Shown in pieces: positions 42,401-55,396 of a stretch of DNA of 64,000 bases (positions are counted from its first letter, which is position 1; each line of letters begins with the position of its first letter). The stretch comes from the human T2T-CHM13v2.0 reference genome, Homo sapiens: NCBI RefSeq assembly GCF_009914755.1, contig NC_060944.1; one strand, 5' to 3'. The notes beneath the pieces were generated by a model that saw only the letters and a list, made by a program, of their open reading frames with translations, searched no databases and had not been told where the DNA came from. Both the position numbers and the translations under genes were made by a program.

Positions 42401-45400
42401 TCTTTTTGTAGAAACTGTAAGTTGATATTTGGAGCCCTTTGAGTCCTATTGTGGAAAAGGAAATATCTTCACATAAAAACTACACGGAATCATTCTGAGA
42501 TACTTCTTTGTGATGCTTGCATTCATCTAACAATGTTGAAACTTTCTTTTCATTGAGCAGTTTTGAAACACTCTTTTTGTAGAATCTGCAAGTGGAATAA
42601 TTGGATCCCTTTGCGCCCTGTGGTGGAGAAGGAAATATCTTCAAATAAGAACTACACAGAAACATTCTCAGAAACTTATTTGTGATGTGAGCATTCAACT
42701 CACAGACCTGAACATATCTTTTGATTTAGCACTTTTGAATTTCTCTTTTTGTAGAATTTGCAAGTGGATATTTGGAGCGCTGTGAGACCTACTGTGGGAA
42801 ATGAAATATGTTCACATAAAAACTACTCAGAAGCATTCTGAGAAACTACTTTGTGATGTATGCATTCAACTCACAGAGTTGAACCTACCTTTTGATGAAG
42901 CAGTTTTGAGTCTCTCTTTTTGCATAATCTGCGAGTGGATGTTTGGAGAACTTTGAGGCCTATTATGTAAAAGGAAATATTTTCACATAAATACTATACA
43001 GAAGCATTCTGAGAAACTTCTTTGTGACGTGTGCATTCATCTCACAGAGTTGAACCTTTCTTTTGATTGAGCAGTTTTGAAACACTCTTTTTGTAGAATC
43101 TGTAAGTGGATATTTGGAGCCCTTTGAGGCCTATTGTGGATAAAGAAATATCTTCACATAAAAACTACACAGAAGCATTCTGAGAAACTTCCTTGGGATG
43201 TGTCCATTCATCTCACCGAGTTGAAACTTTCTTTTGATTGAGCAGTTTTGAAACACTCTTTTGTAGAATCTGTGAGTGGATATTTGGAGACATTTGAGGC
43301 CTGTTGTGGAAAGGAAAGATCTTCACATAAAACCTACACAGAAGCATTCTGAGAAACTTCTTTGTGAGGTGTGCATTAAACTCACAGAGTTGAACTTATC
43401 TTCTCATTGAGCAGTTTTGAATCTTTCTTTTTGTAGAATCTTCAAGTGGATATTTGGAGCCCTTTGCGCCCTATGGTGGAAATGGAAATATCTTCAAATA
43501 AAAACTACACAGAAGCATTCAGAGGAACTTCTTTGTGATGTATGCATTCAGCTCACAGAGTTGAACCTATCTTTTGATTGAGCAGTTTAGAATCTCTTTT
43601 TTTGCAGAATCTGCAGGTGAATATTTGGAGCCCTTTGAGGCCTACAGTGGAAAACCAAATATCTTCACATAAAAACTACACAGAAGCATTGTGTGAAACT
43701 CCTTTGGGATGTGTGCATTCAACTCACAGAGTTGAACATATCTTTTGATTCAGCAGTTTTGAATATCTCTTGTTGCAGAATCTGCACGTGGAAATTTGGA
43801 GGCCTTTGTGGCCTATGTTGGAAAAGGAAATATCTTCAAATAAAAACTCCACACAAACATTCTGAGAAACTTCTTCATGATGTGTGCATTCATCTCACAA
43901 GGTTGAACCTATCTTATGATTGAGCAGTTTTGAAACACTCTTTTTGTTGAATCTGCAAGTGGATCTTTGCAGCGCTTTGAGGCCTACCATGGAAAAGCAA
44001 ATATCTTCAGATAAAAACTACACAGAAGCATTCTGAGAAACTACTTGGTGATGTGTGCATTCATCTCACAGAGTTGAACCTTTCTTTTGATTGAGCAGTT
44101 TTGAAACCCTCTTTTTGTAGAATCTGCCAGTGGATATTTGGAGCCTTTTGAGGCCTACTGTGGATAAGGAAATATCTTCATATAAAAACTACACAGAAGC
44201 ATTCTGAGAAACTTCTTTGTGATGCGTGCATTCATCTCACAGAGTTGAAATTTTTTTTGCGTTGAGCAATTTTGAAACACTCTTTTTGTAGAATCTGCAA
44301 GTGGATAATTGGAAACCTTTGAGAGCTAACGTGGAAAAGGAAATATCTTCACAAAGAAACCACTCAGAAGCATTCTGTGAAAGTACTTTGTGATGTGTGC
44401 ATTCAACTCTCAGATTTGAACCTATCTTTTCATTGAGCACTTTAGAATCTCTCTTTTTGTAGAATCTGCAAGTGGATAACTGGAGTCCTTTCTGCCCTTT
44501 GGTGGAGAAAGGAATATCTTCAAATAAAAACTGTATAGAAGCATTCTCAGTAACTTCTTCGTAATGTGAGCATTGAACTCACAGAGTTCAACCTTTCTTT
44601 TTATTGAGATGGTTTGAGTCTCTCTTTTTGAAGAATCGGCAAGTGGATATTTGAATCGCAGTGAGGCCTACTTTGGAAAATCAAATATGTTCACATAAAA
44701 ACTACACAGAATCATTCTGAGAAACTTCTTTGTGATGTGTGCATTCATCTCACAGGGTTGAACCTATCTTATGATTGAGCAGTTTTGAATCACTCTTTAT
44801 GTAGAATCTGCAAGTGGATATTTGGAGCGTTTTGAGACCTACCGTGGAAAAGCAATTATCTTCAGATAAAAACTACACAGAAGCATTCTGAGAAACTGCT
44901 TTATGATGTGTGCATTCATCTCACAGAGTTGAACCTTTCTTTTGATTGAGCAGCTTTGAAACACTCTTTTTGTAGAATCTGCAAGTGGATATTTCGTGTG
45001 CTTTGAGTCCTACCATGGAAAAGGAAATATCTTCACATAAAAAATACTCAGAGGAATTCTGAGAAACTTCTTTGTGATGTGTGCATTCAACTCACAGAAT
45101 TGAACCTATCTTTAGATTGAGCAGTTTAGAATCTCTCTTTTTGCAGTATCTGCAAGTGGATATTTGGAGCCCTTTGCAGCCTGTGGTGGAAAAGAAAATA
45201 TCTTCACACAAAAACTACTCGGAAGCATTCTTAGAAACTTCTTTTTGATGTGTGCATTCAAATCACAGAGTTGAACCTATATTTTCATTAAGCAGTTTAA
45301 AATCTCTCCTTTGCAGAATCTGCAAGTGGATATTTGAAGCCCCTTGTGGCCTATGGTGGATAAGGAAATATCTTCAAATAAAAACTACACAGAAACATTC

Positions 45401-48400
45401 TGAGAAACTTCTTTGTGATGTATACATTTATCTCACAGGGTTGAAACTATCTTATGACAGAGCAGTTTTGACACACTCTTTTTGTAGAATCTGCAAGTGG
45501 ATATTTGCAGCCCTTTGAGGTCTTTTGTGGAAAAGGAAATATTTTCTCATAAAAATTACAGAGAAGCATTCTGGGAAACTTCTTTGTGATGTGTGCATTC
45601 ATCTCACAGAGTTGAACCTTTTTTTTCATTGAGCTGTTTTGAAAACTCTTTTTGTAGAATCTGCAAGTAGATATTTGGAGCAATTTGAGGCGTATTGTGG
45701 AAAAGGAAATATCTTCACATAAAAACTATACTGAAGCATTCTGAGAAACTTCTTTGGGATGTGTGCATTCATCTCACAGAGTTGAATCTTTCTTTTGATG
45801 GAGCAGTTTTGAAACAATCTTTTTGTAGAATCTTAAAGCGGATATTTGGAGCAATTTGAGGCCTATTGTGGAAAAGGAAATATCTTCTCACAAAAACTAC
45901 ACAGAAGTATTCTGAGAAACTTCTTTGTATTGTGTGCATTCAACTCACAGGGTTGCACCTATCTATTTATTGAGCAGTTAGAATCTCTCTTTTTGTAGAA
46001 TCTGCAAGTGTATATTTGGAGCCCTTTGGGCCCTATTGTGGAAAAGGAAATATCTTCAAATAAAACTACGCAGAAGCATTCAGAGAAACTTCTTTGGGAT
46101 GAGTGCATTTATCACACAGAGTTGAACCTTTCTTTGGATAGAGCAGTTTTGAAACACTCTTTTCGTAGGATCTGGAAGTGGATAATTGGAGGGCTTTGAG
46201 GCCTGTTTTGTAGAAGGAGATATCTTCACATAAAAACAACAAAGAAGCATTCTGAGAAACTTCTCTGTGAGGTGTGCCTTCAACTTACAGTGTTGAACGC
46301 ATCTTTTTATTGAGCAGTTTTGAATCTCTCTATTTGCAGAATCTGCAAGTGGATATTTGGAGCCCTTTGGGGGCTACTGTGGAAAAGCAAATATCTTCAC
46401 ATATAAACTGCACAGAAGTATTCTGAGAAACTTCTTTGTGATTTGTGCATTCAACTCACAGAGTTGAACCTACCTTTTGATTAAGCAGTTTTGAATCTCT
46501 CTTTTTACAGTATCTGCACTTGGAAACTTGGAGCCATTTGTGGCCTATGGTCGAAAAGGAAATATCTTCAAATAAAAACTACACAGAAGCATTCAGAGAA
46601 ACTTCTTTGTGATATGTGCATTCATTTTCACAGGGTTGAACCTTTATTATGATTTAGCAGTTGTGAAACACTCTTTTTTTAGAATCTGCAAGTGGATATT
46701 TGGAGCCCTTTGAGGCCTGCTGTGGAAAAGCGAATATCTTCAGATAAAAGGTACACAGAAGCATTCTGAGAAACATCTTTGCGATGTATGCATTCATTCA
46801 CACAGAGTTGAACCTTTCTATTGTTGAACAATTTTGAAACACTTTTTTGTAGAATCTGGAAGTGGATAGTTGGAGGGCTTTGAGGTCTATTTTTGAAAAC
46901 GAAATATCTCCACATAAATACTACACAGAAATATTCTGAGAAACTTCTTTGTTATGTGTGCATTCAACTCTCATAGTTGAACTTATCTTTTGATTGAGCA
47001 GTTTTGAATCTCTCTTTTTGCAGAATCTGCAAGTGGATATTCGGAGCCCTTTGAGGCCTGCTGTGGAAAAGCAAATATCGTCACATAAAAACTACACAGA
47101 CGCATTCTGGGAAACTTCTTTTTGATGTGTGAATTCAACTCACAGAGTTGAAGCTATCTTTTGATTGAGCAGTTTATCATCTCTCTTTTTTCAGAATCTG
47201 CAAGTGAATATTTGGAATGATTTGAGGCCTCATGTGGAAAAGGAAATGTCTTCACCTAAAAACTACACAGTAGCATAAGGAGAAACGTCTTTGTGATGTG
47301 TTTTTTCCAACTCACAGAGTTGAACCTATCTTTTGATTGAGCAGTCTAAAATCTCTCTTTTTGTAGAAACTGCAAGTGGGTATTTCAAGCCCTTTGTGCC
47401 CTGTGGTGGAAAAAGATATATCTTCAAATAAAAACTACACAGAAGCATTCAGAGAAACTTCTTTGTGATGAGTGCATTCATCTCACAGAGTTGAAACTTT
47501 CTTTCGATGGAGCAGTTTTGAAACACTCTTTTCGTAGAATCTGGAAGTGGATATTTGGAGGGCTTTGAGGCCTATTTTGGAGAAGGAGATATCTTCACAT
47601 AAAAACTACACAGAATCATTCTGAGAAACTTCTTTGTGTCTTGTGGATTCAGCTCACGGAGTTGAATCTATCTTTTGATTGAGCAGCTTTGAATCTCCCT
47701 TTTTGCAGAATCTGCAAGTCGATATTTGGAGCGCTTTGAGGCCTACTGTGGAAAATCAAATATCTTCACATAAAAGCTACACAGAAGCATTCTGAGAAAC
47801 TGCTTAGTGATGTGTGCATTCATCTCACAGTGTTGAAACTTTGTTTTTATTGAGCAGTTTTGAAACATATTTTTTGTAGTATCTGCAAGTGGACATTTTG
47901 AGCCATTTGAGGCGTATTGTGGAAAAGGAAATATCTTCCCATTAAAAACTACACAGAAGCATTCTGAGAAACTTCTTTGTGATGTGTGCATTCAACTCAC
48001 AGAGTTGAACCTATCTTTTGATTGAACCGTTTAGAATCTCTTTTTGTAGAATGTGCAAGTGGATATTTGGAGTCCTTTGCGTCCTATGGTGGAAAAGGAT
48101 ATATCTTGAAATAAAAACTACACAGAAGCTTTCAGAGAAACTTCTTTGTGATGACTACATTCGTCACACAGAGTTGAACCTTTCTTTGGATTGTGCAGTT
48201 TTGAATCTCTCTTTTTGTAGAATCTGCAAGTGGATATTTGGAGCGTTTTGAGGCCTACTGTGGAACATAAAATATCTTCACATAAAAACTACACAGAAGC
48301 ATTCTGAGAAACTTCTTTGTGATTTGTGCATTCATCTCACAGAGTTGAATTTTTCTTTTGATTGAGCAGTTTTGAAACACTCTTTTTGTAGAATCTGCAA

Positions 48401-51400
48401 GTGGATATGTGGAGCCATTTGGGGCCTATTGTGGACAAGGAAATATCTTCACATAAAAACTACACAAAAGGACCCTGAGAAACTTCTTTGTGAGGTGCGC
48501 ATTCAACTCCCAGAGTTGAAAGTTTCTTTGGTTTGAGCAGTTTTGAAACACTCTTTTGGTAGAATCTGGAAGTGGATATTTGGTGGGCTCTGAGGCCTAT
48601 TTTAGAGAAGGAGATATTTTCACATAAAAGCTACAGAGAGGCATTCTGAGAAACTTCTTTGTGATGTGTGCATTTAATTCACAGAGTTGAAACTATCTTT
48701 TGATTGAGCAGTTTTTAATCTCTCTTTTTGCAGAATCTGCAAGTGGATATTTGGAACCCTTTGAGGCCTGCTGTGGAAAAGCAAATATCTTCACATAAAA
48801 ACTACACAGAAGTATTTTCAGAAACTCCTTTGGGATGTGTGCATTCATCTCACAGAGTTGAACCTATCTTTTGATTGAGCATTTTTTAATCTCTCTTCTT
48901 GTAGAATCTGCAAGTGGATATTTGGAGCCCTTTGCGACCTATGGTGGAAAAGGAAATATCTTCAAATAAAAACTACACAGAAGCATTCTGAAAAACTTCT
49001 TTGTGATGAGTGAATTCATCTCAAGGGGTTGAACCATCTTATGATTGAGCAGTTTTGAAACACTCTTTTTGAAGAATCTGCAAGTGTATATTTGGTGGGC
49101 TTTGAGGAATACCGTGGAAAACCAAATATCTTCAGATAAATCTGCACAGAAGCATTCTGAGCTACTTCTCTGTGATGTGTGCATTCATCTCACAGAGTTG
49201 AAACTTTGTTTTGTTTGAGGAGTTTTGAAACACTGTTTTAGTAGAATCTGCAAGTGGATATTTGGAGGGCTTTGAAGCCCACTGTGGAAAAGCAAATATC
49301 TTCAGATAAAAGCTACCCAGAAACATTCTGCGAAACTTCTTTGTGATGTGTGCATTCAACTCACAGAGTTGAATGTCTCTGTTGATTGAGCAGTTTTGAA
49401 TCTCTATTTTTGTAGAATCTGCATGTGGATATTTGGAGCCCTATGTGGCCTATGGTGGAAAAGGAAATATCTTCAAATAAAAACTACACAGAAGCATTCT
49501 GAGAAACTGCTTTGTGATGTGTGCATTCATCTCACAGGGTTGAACATATCTTATGATTGAGCAGTTTTGAAACTCTCTTTTTGTAGAATGTGCATGTGGA
49601 TATTTGGAGTGCTTTGAGGCCTACCGTGGAAAAGCATATATCTTAATATAAAAACTACTCAGAAGCATTCTGAGAAACTTCTTTGTGATGTGGGCATTCA
49701 TCTCACAGGGCTGAACCTTTCTTTTGATTGAGCAGTTTTGAAACACTCTTTCTGTAAATTCTGCAAGTGGATATTTGGAGCTTCTGATGCTTATTGTGGA
49801 AAAGGAGATATCTTCACATAAAAATTACACATAAGCATCCTCAGAAACTTTTTTGTGATGCATGCATTCATCTCACAGAGTTGAAAATTTCTTTTCATTT
49901 AGCAGCTTTGAAACACTCTTTTTGTAGAATCTGCAAGTGGATATTTGGAGTGCTTTGAGGCCTAGTGTGGAAAAGCAAATATCTGCACATAAAAACTACA
50001 CAAAAGCATTCTGAGAAACTACTTTGTGATGTGTGCGTTCACCTCACAGACTTGAACCTTTCTTCTGATTGTGCAGTTTTGAAACACTCTTTTTGTAGAA
50101 TCTGCAAGTGGATATTTGGAGCGATTTGAGGCCTATTGTGGAAAAGGAAATATCTTCACATAAAAACAACACAGAAGCATTCCTAGAAACTTCTTTGTGA
50201 TGTGTGTCTTCAACTCACAGAGATGAACCTATCTTTTGATTGAGCAGTTTTTCAACTCTCTATTTGTAGGAACTGCAAGTGGATATTTGGAGCCCTTTGC
50301 GCTCTACTGTGTAAAAGGAAATATCTGCAAATGAAAACTACACTGAAGCATTCAGAGAAACTTCTTTGTGATGAGTATATTCATAACACAGATTGAAACC
50401 TACCTTTGATTAAGCAGTTTTGAAAGACTCTTTTTGTAGAATCTGCAAGTGGATATTTGGAGAGCTTTGAGGCCCATTGTGGAAAAGAAAATATCTTCAC
50501 ATAAAAACTGCACAGAAACATTCTGGGAAACTTCTTTGTGATGTGTGCATTCAACTCACAGAGTTGAATCTTTCTTTTGATTGGACAGATTTGAATCTCT
50601 CTTTTTGTAGAATCCACACGTGGATATTTGGAGCCCTTTGCAGCCTTTGGTGGAAAAGGAACTGTCTTGAAATAAAAGCTACACCGAAGCATTCTGAGAA
50701 ACTTCTTTTGATGTGTTCATTCATCTCGCACAGTTAAGCCTATCTTATGATTGAGCGGTTTTGAAACACTCTTTTTGTAGAATCTGCAAGTGGATATTTG
50801 GAGCGACTTGAGGCCTATTGTGGAAAAGGAAATATCTTCACATAAAAACTACACAGAAGCATTCTGAGAAACTTCTTTGTGATGTGTACATTCATCTCAT
50901 AGGGTTGAAACTATCTTTTGATTGAGCAGTTTAGAAACTCTTTTTTCAGAATCTGCAAGTGGTTATTTGGAGAGCTTTGAGGCCTATTGTGGAAAAGGAA
51001 ATAAATGCACATAAAAACTACGCAGAAGCATTCTGAGAAACTTCTTTGTGATGTGTGAATTCCACTCAGAGAGTTGAACCTATCTTTTGATTGAGCTCTT
51101 TTGAATGTCTCTTTTTGTAGAATCTGCAAGTGGATGTTTGGAGCCCTTTGCGGTCTATGGTCGAAAAGGAAATGTTTTCTAATAAAAACTACACAGAAGC
51201 ATTCTGAGAAATTTCTATGTGATGTGTGCATTCATCTCACAGGGTTGAACCTATCTTATGATTGAGCAGTTTTGAAACACTCTTTTTGTAGTATCTCCAA
51301 GTGGATATTTGGAGCGCTTTGGGGGCTATGGTGGAAAAGGAAATATCTTCACATAAAACCCACACAGAAGCATCTGAGAAACTTCTTTGTTATGTGTGCA

Positions 51401-53845
51401 TTCAACTCAGAGAGTTGAACCTGTCTTTTGATTGAGCAGTTTTTGAACATCTCTTTTTGCAAAATCTGCAGCTGGATATTTGGAGCGCTTTGAGGCCTAC
51501 TCTGGAAAAGCAAATATCTTCACATAAAAACAACACAGAAGCATTCTTAGAAACTTCTTTGTGAGATGTGCATTCAACTCACAGAGTCGAACCTATGTTT
51601 TGATTGAGCATTTTCAATCTCTCTTTTTTAGAATCTGCAAGTGGATATTTGGAGCACTTTTAGGCCTATTGTGGAAAAGGAAATATCTTCACAGAAAAAA
51701 CTACATAGAACCATTCCGAGAAACTTCTTTGTGATGTGTGCCGTCAACTCGCAGAGTTGAACCTATCTTTTGATTGAGCAGTTTTTAAACTCTCTTTTTG
51801 TAGAATCTGCAAGTGGATATTTGGAGCCTTTGTGCTCTATGGTGTAAAAGGAAATATCTTCAAATAAAAACTACACAGAAGCATTCAGAGAAACTTCTTT
51901 GTGATGAGTGCATTTATCACAGAGAGTTGAAAACCTCCTTTGACTGAGCAGTTTTGAAACACCCGTTTTGCAGAATCTGCAATTGGATATTGGGAGAGAT
52001 TTGAGGCCCATTGTGGAAAAGGAAATATCTTCACATGAAAACTACACAAAACCATTCTGGGAAACTTCTTTGTTATGTGTGCATTCAACTCACAGATTTA
52101 AGCTTATCTTTTGATTGAGCAGTTACGTATCTCTCTTTTGGAGAATCTGCAAGTGGATATTTGGAGTGCTTTGAAGCCTACTGTGGAAAAGCAAATATCT
52201 TCAAATAAAAAATACACAGAAGCATTCTGAGGAACTTGTTTGTGAGGTAGGCATTCAAATCGCAGAGTAGAAGCTATTTTTTGATTGAGCAGTTTCGAAT
52301 CTCTCTTTTTGCAGACTCTACAAGTGGATATTCATAGAGCTTTGAGACGAATTGTGGAAAAGGAAATATCTTCACATAAAAACTACACAGAAGCATTCTG
52401 GGAAACTTCTTCGTGATGTGTGCATTCAACTCACAGAGTTGAATCTATCTTTTGATTGGGCAGATTTGAATCTCTCTTTTTGTATAATCTGCAAGTGAAT
52501 ATTTGGAGCCCTTTGTGGCCTATGGTGGAAAAAGGAAATATCTTCAAATAAAAACTACAGAGAAGCATTCTGTGAAACTTCTTTGTGATGTATGCATTCA
52601 TCTCGCCGGGTTATACATATCTTATGATTGAGCAGTTTTGAAACACTCTTTTTGTAGAATCTGCAAGTGGATATTTGGAGCGCCTTGAGGCCTATTGTGG
52701 AAAAGGAAATATCTTCACATAAAAACTGCACAGAAGCATTCTGAGAAACTTCTTTGTGATGTGTGCATTCATCTCACAGAGTTGAAACTTTCTTTTGATT
52801 GAGCAGTTTTGAAACCGTCTTTTTGTAGAATCTGCAAGTGGATATTTGGAGCGATTTGAGGCCTACTGTGGAAATGGAAGTATCTTCATATAAAAACTAC
52901 ACAGAAGCATTGTGAGAAACTCCTTCATGGTTTGTGCATTCAACTTACAGAATGGAACCTATCTAATGATTGAGCAGTTTTGAATCTCTCTTTTTGCAGA
53001 ATATGTAACTGGATATTTCGAGAGCTTTAAAACCTATTGAGGAAAAGGAAATATCTTCACATAAAAACTACACAGAAGCATTCTGAGAGACTTCTTTGTG
53101 ATGTGTGCATTGAACTCACAGTGTTGAACCTATCTTGTCATTGAGCAGTTTTGAATCTCTCTTTTTGTAGAATCTGCAAGTGGATATATGGAGCCCTTTG
53201 TGGCCTATGGTGGAAAAGGAAATATCTTCAAATAAAAACTACACAGAAGCATTCTGAGAAACTTCTTTGTTATAAGTGCATTCATCTCACAGGGTTGAAC
53301 CTATATTATGATTGAGCAGTTTTGGAACACTCTTTTTGTAGAATCTGCAAGTGGATATTTGGAGTACTTTGAGGCCTGTTATGGAAAAGGGAATATCTTC
53401 ACATAAGTACTACACAGAAACATTCTGCGAAATTTCTTGTTATGTGTGCATTCAACTCACGGAGTTGAACCTGTCTTTTGATTCAGCAGTTTTGACTCTG
53501 TCTTTTTGTACAATCTGCAAGTGGATATTTGGAGCCTTTTGCGCCCTATGGTGGAAAAAGAAATATCTTCAAAAAAAAAAAAAAAAAACTACACAGAACC
53601 ATTCTGGGGAAATTCTTTGTGATGAGTGCATTCATCACAAAGAGTTGAAACTTTCTATTGACTGAGTAGTTTTGAAACACTATTTTGTAGAATCTAGAAG
53701 TGGATATTTCAAGGGCTTTTAGGTCTATTTTGGAAAAGGAAATATCTTCAGATAAAAACAACACAGAAGTATTACGGCAAACTTCGTTGTTATGTGTGCA
53801 TTCAACTCACAGATTTGAACCTATCTTTTGATAGAGCAGTTTTGA
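30406..53845 (+). repeat. Alpha satellite, divergent A-type (pJalpha) monomers, SF4/M1-like layer, ~137 monomers
   Basis: ~171-bp period cattctgagaaacttctttgtgatgtgtgcattca...ggaaaaggaaatatcttcacataaaaactacacagaag; no canonical CENP-B box seen by eye. Confidence 0.95.
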
Positions 53846-55396
53846 AACTCTCTTTGTGTAGAATTTGCAAGTGAATATTTGGAGAGTTTTGTGGCCTGCG
53901 GTAGAAAATGAAATACCCTCACATAAAATCTAGACAGAAGCAATCTGAGAAACCTCTTAGTGATGTGTGCATTCATCTCACAGAGTTAACCTTTCTTTTG
54001 ATTGAGCAGTTTTGAAACTCTCTTTTTGTAGAATCTGCAAGTGGACATTTGGAGCGCTTTGGGGCCTACGGTAGAAAAGGAAACATCTTCACATAAATTG
54101 TAGACAGAAGCAATCTGAGAAACTACTTTATGATGTGTGCATTCCTCTCACAGAGTTAAAACTTTCTTTTGAGTGAGCAGTTTTGAAACTGTCTTTTTGT
54201 AGAATCTGCAAGTGGATATTTGGAACATTTTAAGGCCTACTGTGGAAAGGAAATATCTTCACATAAAAAGAAGAAAGAAGCAATCTGAGAAACTTCTTTG
54301 TGATGTGTGCATTCGTCTCACAGAATTAAACTTTTCTTTTGATTGAGGAGTTTTGAAACTCTGTTTTTGTAGAATCCGCAAGTGGATATTTGGAGCGCTT
54401 TGAGGCGTATGGTGGAAAAGGAAATATCTTCACATAAAAACTAGACAGAAGAATTCTGAGAAACTACTTTTTGATGTGTTCGTTCATTTCACATAGTTGA
54501 ACCTTTCTTTTGACTGAGCAGTTTGGAAACACTCTTTTTGTGGAATCTGCCAGTGGACATTTGGAGAGTTTTGCGGACTATGGTAGAAAAGGAAATATCT
54601 TCACATAAAATCTAGACAGAAGCAATCTGAGAAACTTCTTTGAGATATGTGTATTCATCTCACGGAGTTAAACTTTGCTTTTGATACAGCAGTTTTGAAA
54701 CTCTCTTTTTGTAGCATCTACAAGTGGACATTTGGACCAGTTTGAGGCCTATGTTGGAAAAGGAAACATCTTCACATAATATCTAGACAGAAGCAATCTA
54801 AGAAACTCCTTTGTGATGTGTGCATTCATCTCACAGAGCTGAAGTTTTCTTTTGACGGAGCAGATTGGAAACTCTCTTTTTGTAGAATTTGCAAGTGGAC
54901 ATTTGGAGCACTTTGAGGCCTGCTGTGGAAAAGGAAATATCCTCACATAAAATGTAGACAGAAGAATTCTGAGAAACTTCTTTGTGATGCGGACGTTCTT
55001 CTCACAGAGTTGAACATTACTTTTGATTGAGCAATTTGGAGACACTCTTTTTGTAGAATCTGCAAATGGACATTTGGAGCGCTTTGAGGCCTATGGTAGA
55101 AAAGGAAACATCTTCACATAAATTATAGACAGAAGCAATCTGAGAAACTACTTTGTGATGTGTGCATTCATCTCACAGAGTTAAAACTTTCTTTTGAGTG
55201 AGCAGTTTTGAAACTGTCTTTTTGTAGAATCTGCAAGTGGATATTTGGAGCGTTTTGAGGCCTGCAGTGGAAATGGAAATATCTTCACATAAAAACTAGA
55301 CAGAAGAATTCTGAGAAACTTCTTTATGATGTGTGCGTTCATCGCAGAGAGTTGATCCTTTCTTTTGTTTGAGCAGTTTTAAAACTCTCTCTTTGT
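53846..55396 (+). repeat. Alpha satellite, second family (tagacagaag type), forward orientation
   Basis: Diagnostics change to aaaatctagacagaagcaatctg / aaaaactagacagaagaattctg, ggacatttgg and gagttaaa. Confidence 0.88.
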
